Positions 8,846 through 17,789 are shown, numbered from the stretch's first letter. The stretch: 32,000 nt of DNA from Pyrolobus fumarii 1A (GCF_000223395.1 NC_015931.1:360001-392000), one strand, 5' to 3'. The notes: generated from the letters alone by a model not told the origin. A program made the numbers and translations.

Positions 8846-10190
8846 ATCTTACAACAAGTTCCAGTAGTAAGCTAGCAACATTATTCGCGTCTATTATGCC
8901 AGCATCTCCTCTGCCTATGGTACCCTCCGGGTCGTATATTGCAAGCACGCCGTTCCAGTCGTGTACAGCATCGTCGGGACCGCGGTCATTCTCGGGGAGG
9001 TAGTTGCTAGGCCAGCCTATCGTCCCGGCCGGCCTCCAGCTGAGATTATCGAGGTACACCATGAGGTCGGGGGCGTCTCCCCGTACAACCGGGTATAGCT
9101 CGCTAGGCTGGTAGACGAGGTTCTCCCACTGCTCGCCCTGGGGCCCGCGTATCTTCTCAAGGTCTCTCTTCAATTGTTTAACCGTCTCCTCGTAGTACTT
9201 GGGGTCTACTGTGCCTCTTGGCTCCCTCCCCTTGAGGTTGATGTAGACGCGGCTATAGTACCCGCCCCAAGCCCATGCTATCGTACCCTCCCAGTCGATC
9301 ATATCCTCTGTTAGGTCTGTGCCGGGCTTCTCGGGCTCCTTGCGGAGCTTCAGGTAGCCCTGCTCGGCTAGCCACTGGTTGATCGCGAAGGCGCCCTTCA
9401 TCGCCTTGATGCCGTGGTCCGATGCTATCACTATAACCGTGTCTCTCGGTAGCTTCTTGTGTAGCTTCCTGAACCACTTGTCTATCCTCTGGTACACCTC
9501 GGGTATGACGCGGGAGTATACCGGGTGCTCCTCGTGCCTGGGGTGCTGCGTGTCGAAGTACTTCCAGAAGGCGTGGTGCGCCCGGTCAACACCTATCTCG
9601 ACATACACGAAAAGATCCCATTTCTTGCTCGTGGCGAGGTACCTCACTACGCGTAGATGCTGCTCTAGCATCTCGAAGAGCTCTCTGCGCACGCGCTCCT
9701 TGTCCTCGCTGCGGTACACTATGTCGAATATGAGCGGGCCGGCTATGCTCTCGATCTCCTTCTTCACCCACGGTGGCCACGTGTAGGGCTTCTCGGGCCC
9801 GGGGGTGGTAAAGTCCGTGACTAGTATACCGTGTATCGGCTTCGGGGGGTAAGTCGGAGGCACACCGAAGACAATGCTACGGAGCCCCTTCTCGCCCGCG
9901 ATATCCCAGAGGGTAGGCTCGCGTATGAAACTCGAGTTGACGATGTATGGTTTGAACTCGCCGGGGCGGCGGTGGCGGAAGCCATAGATGCCGAGCTCTC
10001 CAGGAGTCTTCCCGGTGAACATGACCATCCAGGCGGGCACGGTGATAGGCGGGTGGCAGCTCCTCATCACGTAGCGCTTAGAGTCCTCGACGATATCAGC
10101 CAGGTACTCGAAACCAACCTCACGAGGCTTCTCGTACAGTATGCTCGGCGGCATGGAGTCAAGGCCTAGGACGAACACCTTGCGGGGCAC
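8844..10190 (-). CDS. Alkaline-phosphatase superfamily enzyme, type I phosphodiesterase / nucleotide pyrophosphatase family
   Basis: 448 aa. 'VFVLGLDSMPP' is the metal-site Asp block. 'HPPITVPAWMVMFTGKTPGELGIYGF' is the nucleophile Thr block. 'VIASDHGI' is the distal metal site. Confidence 0.85.
   Translation of the reverse strand: MPRKVFVLGLDSMPPSILYEKPREVGFEYLADIVEDSKRYVMRSCHPPITVPAWMVMFTGKTPGELGIYGFRHRRPGEFKPYIVNSSFIREPTLWDIAGEKGLRSIVFGVPPTYPPKPIHGILVTDFTTPGPEKPYTWPPWVKKEIESIAGPLIFDIVYRSEDKERVRRELFEMLEQHLRVVRYLATSKKWDLFVYVEIGVDRAHHAFWKYFDTQHPRHEEHPVYSRVIPEVYQRIDKWFRKLHKKLPRDTVIVIASDHGIKAMKGAFAINQWLAEQGYLKLRKEPEKPGTDLTEDMIDWEGTIAWAWGGYYSRVYINLKGREPRGTVDPKYYEETVKQLKRDLEKIRGPQGEQWENLVYQPSELYPVVRGDAPDLMVYLDNLSWRPAGTIGWPSNYLPENDRGPDDAVHDWNGVLAIYDPEGTIGRGDAGIIDANNVASLLLELVVR
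8848..8860 (+). repeat. Copy 2 of direct-repeat motif (CTTACAACAAGTT), right edge of low-GC cassette
   Basis: Overlaps the last codons (..LVVR*) of the minus-strand phosphodiesterase gene. Lies 1280 bp from copy 1. Confidence 0.7.
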
Positions 10191-10254
10191 TCGCTCCGCA
10201 CCATACCCGTAGCAGAGAAGGCCAGGTTAGTAGGATGCTCGGCCTGCACCGGGT

Positions 10255-11421
10255 CTACCGGTTAGCCTCCTCGGGTGTGACGAACGGGTTCGGGTGCTTT
10301 AGTATCACCTGGGCTACCTCCGGCCTCATCATCTCGGGTGGCGGCGTCTTACCCTCGAGTATCATCTTCCTAAGCTTCGTGCCGCTTATACGCACCCTGT
10401 ACTCGTCGGGATGTGGGCATATCTTCTCGTTGACCATACCGCCGCACTTCTTGCAGTAGAATGCCTCGCGGAAGAATAGCGGCGTTATGCCCAGGTCGGG
10501 GAACTCCTGGAACAACTCCCAGGCCTCGTAGGGCCCATAGTAGTTGCCGACGCCCGCGTGGTCACGGCCGACTATGAAGTGGGTGGCGCCAAAGTTCTTC
10601 CTCACTATGGCGTGGTGTATCGCTTCTCTCGGCCCAGCGTACCTCATCTCCATGCGTAGGACGGAGAACACCACGGAGCCCTTCGGGTAGTAGTGGCTAA
10701 TGAGCACCTTGTAAGCCTCCACTATAACCTCGTCACGGTAGTCGCCTGGCTTCTTCCAACCCACAAGCGGGTTGATGAACAAGCCATCTACGAACGTCAA
10801 CGCAGCCTTCTGGACATACTCGTGGCCAAGGTGGGGCACGTTCCTAGTCTGGAAGGCCGCGATGGTCTTCCAGCCCAGCTCTTGGAACAACACCCTAGTC
10901 TCCTTCGGCCACAAGCGGACGTTCTCGAAGGGCTCCGGGGGATCCTTTAGAAGCAGTATAGGGCCACCCACGAACAGCTCCTTCCTCCTCGCTAGCCTAG
11001 CGACACCGGGGTGCTGAGGATCCCTAGTCTTGAACACCTTCAGTGCATACTCGTCACGGTCCCACGTGTATATCTCCTCGACCCTCATCACCGCGATGGG
11101 CTCCCCACCATAATATAGTGCCACCTCGTCGCCCTCCTTGACCCCCCTTAGCTCCTCTCTACTTGCGTCCAGCACTATCGGTATGGTCCACGGGAGGTCA
11201 TTCGCGAGCCTCATGTTGTCAAGGACGCTCTGGTAATCCTCGCGCACCATGAAGCCCTCCAGGGGGCTATAGACGCCATGCGCTATGTTAGCGGCATCCG
11301 CGGCGAGAGACGCGCTAAGCTCCAACCTTGGCATCTCCGGGGCCTCTGCCAGCAGCCTCTCCCTGCTACGCCCGCGCGCAACGCGATCCACAAGACGGCC
11401 TCCATGCGGCTTGTTGACCAT
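10255..11421 (-). CDS. sat: Sulfate adenylyltransferase (ATP sulfurylase)
   Basis: 388 aa. 'FQTRNVPHLGHEY' and 'IVGRDHAGVG' are signature motifs. 'CKKCGGMVNEKICPH' is a Cys/His cluster like the Zn site of thermophilic Sat. Confidence 0.95.
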   Translation of the reverse strand: MVNKPHGGRLVDRVARGRSRERLLAEAPEMPRLELSASLAADAANIAHGVYSPLEGFMVREDYQSVLDNMRLANDLPWTIPIVLDASREELRGVKEGDEVALYYGGEPIAVMRVEEIYTWDRDEYALKVFKTRDPQHPGVARLARRKELFVGGPILLLKDPPEPFENVRLWPKETRVLFQELGWKTIAAFQTRNVPHLGHEYVQKAALTFVDGLFINPLVGWKKPGDYRDEVIVEAYKVLISHYYPKGSVVFSVLRMEMRYAGPREAIHHAIVRKNFGATHFIVGRDHAGVGNYYGPYEAWELFQEFPDLGITPLFFREAFYCKKCGGMVNEKICPHPDEYRVRISGTKLRKMILEGKTPPPEMMRPEVAQVILKHPNPFVTPEEANR

Positions 11422-11434
11422 CGCGATGCCACCC

Positions 11435-11653
11435 CTAGAGGTAGCCTAGGCTCCTCAACCTCTCTATAATCACTCTACGCTCCTCCTCCGTGACCTCAAC
11501 CCCCGCCGAGTACTCCTCGAGGAACTCCTCGAGGGCGGCGCGTAACAGCCTCACTGCGAACCTCCCCGGCTCCTCGCCTAGACGCTCGGCAGCCTCGTTG
11601 AGCCTCTTCCAGAGGCTCTCTGGCACCTCTACGCAGGGCAAGACTCGTCCCAT
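11435..11653 (-). CDS. Small ribbon-helix-helix (CopG-like) protein
   Basis: 72 aa. 'VEVPESLWKRLNEAAERLGEEPGRFAVRLLRAALEEFL' fits a strand-helix-helix pattern. The gene ends 13 nt before the sat start, which suggests an operon. A 'CTTTATGCC' TATA-like element lies about 30 nt upstream on the minus strand. Confidence 0.6.
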   Translation of the reverse strand: MGRVLPCVEVPESLWKRLNEAAERLGEEPGRFAVRLLRAALEEFLEEYSAGVEVTEEERRVIIERLRSLGYL

Positions 11654-11782
11654 GATGCTGGGCTGGTGGGTGTTAGAGTGGCATAAAGGGGTGGTGGGGA
11701 GCTGGTGGCGTATGAGGATAGATGACGAGCTACGGTGTTTTTGGGACTAGTGGTTGCTAGTGCCTAGCCGGGTGCCCTGGCT

Positions 11783-12877
11783 GTGGACGTAGAGAAGAGG
11801 CTTAAGCTCATCACGCGTAACGCTGTCGAAGTTGTGACGCTGGACGAGCTGCGCTCTAGGCTAGAGGCTGGCGAGAAGCTGCGAGGCTACATCGGCTTCG
11901 AGCCAAGCGGCCTCTTCCACATCGGGTGGCTGATATGGGCCTTCAAGGTGAAGGATCTAGTCGAGGCCGGGGTAGAGTTCACGATACTAGAGGCTACGTG
12001 GCACGCATGGGTCAACGACAAGCTGGGCGGCAACATGGAGCTTATCAGGAAGGCTGCGAGGCACGTGCGCCACGTGCTAGAGGCTATCGGCGTACCAGTC
12101 GGAAAGATCAAGTTCGTGGATGCCGAGGAGCTCGTCTCGGACAAGGACTACTGGGCGCTGTTCCTCAAAGTAGCCAAGTCGAACACACTGGCGCGCGTCA
12201 AGAGGGCGTTGACGATCATGGGTAGGAGGGTTGAGGAGGGCGAGCAGGACTTCTCGAAGCTGATCTACCCGGCTATGCAGGTAACCGACATCTTCTACCT
12301 CGGCGTCGACATTGCTCTCGGTGGCACGGATCAGAGGAAGGCGCACATGTTAGCGAGGGATACGGCCGAGAAGCTAAAGCTCAGGAAGCCCATCGCGATA
12401 CACACGCCACTGCTCACTGGCCTCCAGGGGCTCGGCAGGATGAACCCAAGCGAGGTAGACGAGGATACACACGCAGTCGAGTTCAAGATGAGCAAGTCGA
12501 AGCCCGAGACGGCGATATTCGTCTTCGACTCGCCGGAGGACATCGCGAGGAAGCTAAGGAGGGCCTACTGTCCGCCGAGGGAGACCCGGTTCAACCCGGT
12601 AATCGAGATAGCCAAGTACATCCTGTTCCCGTCTAGGCCGGGCTACAAGCTCGTCATAGAGAGGCCGGAGAAGTTCGGAGGCGGCGTTATCGAGGTGACT
12701 AGCCCGGAGGAGCTCGAGAAGCTCTACCAGGAGGGTAAGATACACCCGCTGGACCTCAAGAATGCTGTTGCGCGCGACCTCGCGGAGCTGTTGAAGCCTG
12801 TGAGGGAGTACTTCGAGCGGAACGAGGAGGCGAGGGAGACACTGGAAGAGCTAAAAAAGGTGGCTATGAAGGGATGA
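11783..12877 (+). CDS. tyrS: Tyrosyl-tRNA synthetase, archaeal type
   Basis: GTG start, 364 aa. 'GFEPSGLFHIGW' is the HIGH-region variant and 'KMSKSKP' is the KMSKS motif. Confidence 0.92.
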   Translation: MDVEKRLKLITRNAVEVVTLDELRSRLEAGEKLRGYIGFEPSGLFHIGWLIWAFKVKDLVEAGVEFTILEATWHAWVNDKLGGNMELIRKAARHVRHVLEAIGVPVGKIKFVDAEELVSDKDYWALFLKVAKSNTLARVKRALTIMGRRVEEGEQDFSKLIYPAMQVTDIFYLGVDIALGGTDQRKAHMLARDTAEKLKLRKPIAIHTPLLTGLQGLGRMNPSEVDEDTHAVEFKMSKSKPETAIFVFDSPEDIARKLRRAYCPPRETRFNPVIEIAKYILFPSRPGYKLVIERPEKFGGGVIEVTSPEELEKLYQEGKIHPLDLKNAVARDLAELLKPVREYFERNEEARETLEELKKVAMKG

Positions 12878-12907
12878 AGACACGGCCCCCAGTATAGGGG
12901 GTCTTCA
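12875..12907 (+). other. Imperfect hairpin overlapping the tyrS stop codon
   Basis: TGAAGA(cacgg)CCCCC-agtata-GGGGGTCTTCA forms 6 + 5 bp with a 5-nt asymmetric bulge. Confidence 0.3.
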
Positions 12908-12956
12908 CAGTTACGCGGCAGACGAGTGGACGAGTATCGGCTGGAGGTGGGCTAGG

Positions 12957-14315
12957 TTGAAGTATCTGATCAGGGCTAAGCTCGAGGTCGACGGGATAGT
13001 AGACAAGCACGATGTCGTTGGCGCGATATTCGGGCAGACTGAGAACCTCTTCGGCGAGGATTTCGACCTTCGCGAGCTACAGGAGAGGGGGAGGATAGGC
13101 AGGATACAAGTGGACATACGCCACGTGGGTAGCAGGACAGTCGGCGAGGTCACAGTACCGTCCAACCTTGATCGTGTCGAGACGGCGCTGCTCGCGGCTA
13201 TGCTCGAGAGTGTTGAGCGCGTAGGCCCCTACCGCGCCAGGATACAGGTATATGACATCATCGACGTGCGCGCTGAGAAGATCAAGAGGATTGTCGAGAG
13301 GGCCAAGGAGATCCTCCGCACGTGGGCCAGGGAGAAGACACCAGACCTCCGCGAGGTGCTACGCGAGATTAGCGAGTCCGTGAAGGCAGCAGAGCTAGTC
13401 AGCTACGGCCCGGAGGGCCTCCCAGCAGGCCCGGATGTCGACAAGGCGCCAGAGATCATCATTGTTGAGGGCCGTGCAGACGTACTAAACCTACTACGCT
13501 ACGGCTACCGCAACGTCATTGCACTTGAGGGCGCTAGGGGCAAGATACCAGAGACTATAATCAAGCTAGCCAAGGAGAAGACCGCAATAGCCTTCGTGGA
13601 CGGCGACCACGGCGGCGACCTGATACTAATGGAGTTGTTGAGAGCAGCGCCGATAGACTATGTTGCCAGGGCGCCGCCGGGCAAAGAGGTCGAGGAGCTA
13701 ACCGGAAGAGAGATCGAGAAGGCGCTTAGGAACAAGGTGCCAGCCAAACAATACCTAGAGACGCTCGAAAAGAGGCTCAAGAGGAGGAGAGCCGCACCAC
13801 AACCAACCCCTCCCGCACCACCCGCACAGCCACAACAGCCCCAGGCCGCCCAGCAGCCGGCAGCACCGCAACCAACACCACCCCAGCCAGCCCCACCGCA
13901 GCCCGCAGCAGTCCAGCAGCCTCAGCCGCCACAGCAAGTAGTGGCAAAGCCAGCACCACCAACCCCGCCGCCCAAGGTAGAGGAGAAGCCGCCAGCGGTG
14001 AAGGCGGAGGTAGTGGAGCTCCCAGAGAGCGTGATAGAAGAGGCTAAGAAGCTACAGGGTACGCTCGAGGCGCTCATATACGATCGTGACTGGAAGCTCA
14101 TAGAGAAGGTGCCGGTGAGGCTCCTCGCAGAGAAGCTCGAGCAGAGCGAGCCTGGCAAGGTGTTCGCGGTGGTGTTCGACGGCATAGTCACCCAGAGGCT
14201 CCTAGACATAGCCGCCAAGAAGGGCGTGAAGCTACTGATAGGCGCCAGGATAGGCAACGTCGAGAAGAGGCCCGAAGGCGTCCAGATGCTAACATTCAAC
14301 GAGCTAATCTCCTAA
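12957..14315 (+). CDS. dnaG: Archaeal DnaG (Toprim-domain primase-like, exosome-associated) with a Pro/Gln/Ala-rich insert
   Basis: TTG start, 452 aa. 'MKYLIRAKLEVDGIVDKHDVVGAIFGQTENLFGEDFDLRELQ' is the conserved archaeal DnaG N-terminus. Toprim blocks are 'IIIVEGRADV' and 'FVDGDHGGD'. Confidence 0.92.
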   Translation: MKYLIRAKLEVDGIVDKHDVVGAIFGQTENLFGEDFDLRELQERGRIGRIQVDIRHVGSRTVGEVTVPSNLDRVETALLAAMLESVERVGPYRARIQVYDIIDVRAEKIKRIVERAKEILRTWAREKTPDLREVLREISESVKAAELVSYGPEGLPAGPDVDKAPEIIIVEGRADVLNLLRYGYRNVIALEGARGKIPETIIKLAKEKTAIAFVDGDHGGDLILMELLRAAPIDYVARAPPGKEVEELTGREIEKALRNKVPAKQYLETLEKRLKRRRAAPQPTPPAPPAQPQQPQAAQQPAAPQPTPPQPAPPQPAAVQQPQPPQQVVAKPAPPTPPPKVEEKPPAVKAEVVELPESVIEEAKKLQGTLEALIYDRDWKLIEKVPVRLLAEKLEQSEPGKVFAVVFDGIVTQRLLDIAAKKGVKLLIGARIGNVEKRPEGVQMLTFNELIS

Positions 14316-14330
14316 CACTCACCTCACACG

Positions 14331-14335
14331 TTTTT
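14331..14335 (+). terminator. T5 tract downstream of dnaG
   Basis: 'cacacgttttta' lies 16 nt after the stop. Confidence 0.35.
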
Positions 14336-14554
14336 ACAAGCAAACCCGTCCCACATTGTGCGTGGCACCCCACCATTCTCCCCCCATGTGCTTCAACCTC
14401 AGAATGGCATCGCAAGTGTAGAGGTGTTGGTTCTGCCTAGCATACACCTGCAAGAGAAACGTGTAGAGATACTCGCCGAGACTCGGCATACCCCACGATG
14501 TTTTACGCTACCCACATGCTCGAGTACTTGTAGGCATACAGGTTTGGGTAGGTT

Positions 14555-15164
14555 TCATTCCTTGCTTGCCCGCCTCCATAAGATAGTGTTCGTGGTTGTT
14601 AGTAGGACTAGCCAACTCGTCAGGGAGATTAACGACTCCGTCAGCATGTAGCTTGAGACGCCAGCCACGTTTTTGACTAACTGGGCTGAGGCAACTGTCG
14701 GTAACGCTATCAACACCTTCGAGATTGTCTCGGGGAGTATCTCAAGAGGGTAGTATACCGGTGCTAGCACAACCGCTAATGCATAGAAGGCGTTGCTTGC
14801 AGCCATAGCGCTAAGGGGATCCTTGCATACGTGGCTGAGTAGTAAACCCATACCTGCAGCTGTAAACAGCACAACCAGTATCGTTAGCGCTAGCAACGTG
14901 ACCGCGGTGAGGGATTTGTTCAGGGCGAGTATGTGTAGTGCGGATACGAAGAGGATTATTGAGGGAAGGTTGCTCGCAAGACAGTCTATCGTCGCCCACG
15001 AACATGAGGAAGGGGTGCGCAGCGGACAGGAGCATATCCAGTCTCCTCGAAACCCTTAACTCAACAATTTCCTGCGGCAAAGCGACAGAACTGGTCGGCG
15101 GAGATTGTCTAATAACGGGTGTGCATCTGGTGTAGCGTTCTGGGCTGTGAGGAGAGGCCCGCAT
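14555..15164 (-). pseudogene. Frameshifted remnant of an ABC-2 type transporter permease
   Basis: The 14555-14896 frame gives a typical ABC-2 C-terminal membrane domain ('LFTAAGMGLLLSHVCKDPLSAMAASNAFYALAVVLAPVYYPLEILPE'). The same frame stays open upstream to 15055 ('NLPSIILFVSALHILALNKSLTAVTLLALT') with no start codon. A second frame (14811-15164) reads 'EIVELRVSRRLDMLLSAAHPFLMFVG', resembling the segment that precedes these helices. There is no partner ATPase and no room for the N-terminus. Confidence 0.4.
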
Positions 15165-15174
15165 TCAGCTACAT

Positions 15175-15199
15175 CCGCCGGGGGGTCCGACCCCGGCGG
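15175..15199. other. GC-rich 9-bp perfect hairpin (CCGCCGGGG-ggtccga-CCCCGGCGG)
   Basis: Read directly from the sequence. Lies 31 nt downstream of the Mut7-C gene stop on the minus strand. Confidence 0.5.
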
Positions 15200-15229
15200 G
15201 ATGGGGAGCCGCGTTGCACCACCGAGCCC

Positions 15230-15832
15230 TTAACCCTCTCCTCCAGCCTCGCCACCTAGGGGATGTGGAGCCTTCCCCTCAATTCTGATCCTGTGATGTG
15301 AGCTGGTGGCCGCCGCCGACCCCCGTCGCTGCCTTGCCTCGGCGAGCCTATCCGCGATCTCCCTAGCCTTCTCGAGAGTCTCGCGTATCTTCCTCCAGTG
15401 GCTCCCCTGCCAGTAGACCTGGCCGCACTTCGGGCACAGCCAGAAGTCCTCATACCTCACATAGACCTCTGGTGGGACCCTATCCTTGACCTCGTGCTTG
15501 GGGACGTGGCGTAGTGGCGAGTTGCATAGAGGGCAGCGACTTCTACCCGGATCGGCGTATAGCGCGACACCGGCTCTCAAATGCAACTCGGCAAGCATCT
15601 CCTCGATGTTCTCGCCCCTGAGCATGATTACCCTCGCTCCCTTCTTCCTCGCGAGTATCGAGAGGCCCTTGTCCCTCGTCACAATGATGCGTCCCTGCTC
15701 GAGAGCTACAGTGACCAGCCTCGGGTCCGGAGCATTACGATAGTATAGGGTGTCGTAGCCAAGCAGCCTCAACCAACGTGCAAGGTCGCCAAGCATAGAG
15801 TCCACTATGAACCTCGGCCTATCCATGCTCAA
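15230..15832 (-). CDS. Mut7-C RNase domain (DUF82) protein: PIN-like fold plus zinc ribbon
   Basis: 200 aa. 'RFIVDSMLGDLARWLRLLGYDT' is the N-terminal signature. Two CxxC pairs ('CPLCNS', 'CPKCGQ') sit with 'YWQGSHW'. The last ~35 aa form a low-complexity tail. Confidence 0.8.
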   Translation of the reverse strand: MSMDRPRFIVDSMLGDLARWLRLLGYDTLYYRNAPDPRLVTVALEQGRIIVTRDKGLSILARKKGARVIMLRGENIEEMLAELHLRAGVALYADPGRSRCPLCNSPLRHVPKHEVKDRVPPEVYVRYEDFWLCPKCGQVYWQGSHWRKIRETLEKAREIADRLAEARQRRGSAAATSSHHRIRIEGKAPHPLGGEAGGEG

Positions 15833-15930
15833 CTCTACTCAGCCGAAACTCAACCCGAGTTGCAACAACCCCCTTAAATCAAAGGTGGGTGCGTCGAGAA
15901 GCGCAAAATGCGGCAGATGGGTCGGGTAAA

Positions 15931-17757
15931 CTAGCCGAGGGGGAATGCGTACACCGGGTCGCCCTGGTACACAACCATGAGTACGAGGTTACCTGTGGAG
16001 CCTAGAGCCTCGGATATGCTACTGAGCGGTACGAGTATGCGGGCGCCATTGGGTGTGGTCCGCCACTCGCCAGCCGAGATATTGGCGATATTCTCGTACT
16101 GTATGTTCGACGAGGGCGGCAGTATCGTCGCTACGAACTGGCGGCTAGTAGCGTTATACACGAGTATGTTCAGAAGCTGCGGGTTGCGAACACCCTCAAC
16201 ATCAATAACCAGCGTGTCCCCAGCTAGCGTGACATCCACGTGCGGCGGCCTAAAGGGCACGCCATAAGCGGATATTATGAGCGTGGAGTTTTCCACAGTC
16301 ACGTCAATCCAGAAGTAACTCCAGATCGCGCCATACTCTCGGATCAGGCGCTCGCCGTACTCCGCTATGTACTCCACCCACTTGTGGTGGAATGCTGGCG
16401 TGTACAACCTGTAGACAGGTACTTTGGCGCCGTGCATCGTCGCCGGCGGTATCTCGATTCTCGTACCCAGATACCTTGTAACGGTGCTCAACTGCTCGAC
16501 AGCAGTGCCACCAATATCGCGCTCAACGACCCTATTCACCTCTCGCTCTATCGTCTCGGCGGGTATCGTGTCACCAGGCCACGTGTCACCAAGGGTCATC
16601 ACTGGGCTCCTAGCGCACACCACTAGACGCGGGCTCAGCATACACGCGGCCAGCTTCAAGTCGTCAGCCAGATACTCGATATAGTCTTGGAGTTCGATTG
16701 GTGGGCGGCGCTTGTCAAGGACGAACACGGTGTTGTTCAGCTCGACGGCGGCAGCGGCGCGGCCTATGTAGGGGAACACCAGGAGATAAGTCCGGTCGAA
16801 ACCCGCTCCTAGCAGCGCGACAGCAGTCAACACCGCATAGTCTATGCGCGCGCCCCTATGTTTGGACAGAAGCTCTGAGGGAAGAGCAGCGTTCAAACGG
16901 CTAACTGCATTCTCCGAATGCTCTATCTCCCTATTCTTCTCGAGCCATGCGAGGATAGACCAGAGAGCATCGCCGCTCCTGGCATTGTGGATAGTGCTAT
17001 ATGCTACGCTTATCTCGCTCTCGCGAGTAGCGCAGTACAGCGAATAGGCTAGGAACATGCGCTCGGAGCAGCTTATAGGTGTCGGCTTGTTTAAGGGGCG
17101 GCAATCACCAACTACAACCCTATTGCCATTGTCTTTGCCGACTTCAAGGTTACACTCTGTTACAATCCGGTGGCCGCTCCACACGACGAGCTTGTAAGAC
17201 CCTGGTTGGAGCGCACGCATTATCCTACCGGTCTTGACGGCTACGGCTGTGACACCATTGTTCACTGTGACGACATCGGCGCCGAGCCACCCTCTACCCT
17301 CATACACTACGACACTCGGGTATATCGTTAGGATAGGCTCGCCACCCGTAGGCTCATAAACAGCGATAGAATCGACGACGCCCCTAACGCCCACTACGAG
17401 ATACTCTCCCTGAGTCTGTATTGTGTACCCGTCGCCGCCGATACTCGGGGTGAGCACCGGGCCGACATCTATATGCGAGTTGTTAGCAACACCCATTTGT
17501 TTGATATCACCGAACCCGTACGCCGACCTATCAGACCCGCTCTCCTTGACAGCGACGTTAGTCGCATGCTCGTCTATCGGTGCTGGGGGAGTGAACGGAA
17601 GCTTGCTGCTCATCTGGTGCTTGCCGCCAACGAGCCACGACAGGTCTAGAGGTAACGCTAAGAGCAGTGAGAACGAGACTACCAGTGCAACAGCCACTAT
17701 GGCGACTGTATACTGGGGTCTCATCGCCAATGTACCATATAGAGGAGCTCTTGACAC
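15931..17757 (-). CDS. N-terminally anchored extracytoplasmic protein of unknown function (possible catalytically inactive transglutaminase-like core)
   Basis: 608 aa with a single N-terminal TM helix ('YTVAIVAVALVVSFSLLLALPL'). 'RGARIDYAVLTAVALLGAGFDRTYLLVF...AAAVEL...FVLD' resembles the Cys/His/Asp core layout of transglutaminase-like folds, but has Arg and Ala at the Cys and His positions. That similarity is a weak inference. Confidence 0.75.
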   Translation of the reverse strand: MSRAPLYGTLAMRPQYTVAIVAVALVVSFSLLLALPLDLSWLVGGKHQMSSKLPFTPPAPIDEHATNVAVKESGSDRSAYGFGDIKQMGVANNSHIDVGPVLTPSIGGDGYTIQTQGEYLVVGVRGVVDSIAVYEPTGGEPILTIYPSVVVYEGRGWLGADVVTVNNGVTAVAVKTGRIMRALQPGSYKLVVWSGHRIVTECNLEVGKDNGNRVVVGDCRPLNKPTPISCSERMFLAYSLYCATRESEISVAYSTIHNARSGDALWSILAWLEKNREIEHSENAVSRLNAALPSELLSKHRGARIDYAVLTAVALLGAGFDRTYLLVFPYIGRAAAAVELNNTVFVLDKRRPPIELQDYIEYLADDLKLAACMLSPRLVVCARSPVMTLGDTWPGDTIPAETIEREVNRVVERDIGGTAVEQLSTVTRYLGTRIEIPPATMHGAKVPVYRLYTPAFHHKWVEYIAEYGERLIREYGAIWSYFWIDVTVENSTLIISAYGVPFRPPHVDVTLAGDTLVIDVEGVRNPQLLNILVYNATSRQFVATILPPSSNIQYENIANISAGEWRTTPNGARILVPLSSISEALGSTGNLVLMVVYQGDPVYAFPLG

Positions 17758-17780
17758 TAAGATAAGGTTTTCCCCTATCT

Positions 17781-17789
17781 GATATACTC
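17781..17789 (-). promoter_or_regulatory. TATA-like box (minus strand GAGTATATC) for the 608-aa gene, implying a leaderless mRNA
   Basis: Centred about 27 nt upstream of the ATG at 17757. Confidence 0.4.

Noticed and set aside
15142-15228. A possible tRNA or structured RNA around the 9-bp hairpin, with GGGCT...AGCCC ends that resemble an acceptor stem.
   Set aside because: D, anticodon and T arms cannot be placed on either strand. The loop 'ggtccga' is not a T-loop, and the 87-nt span does not fit a cloverleaf.
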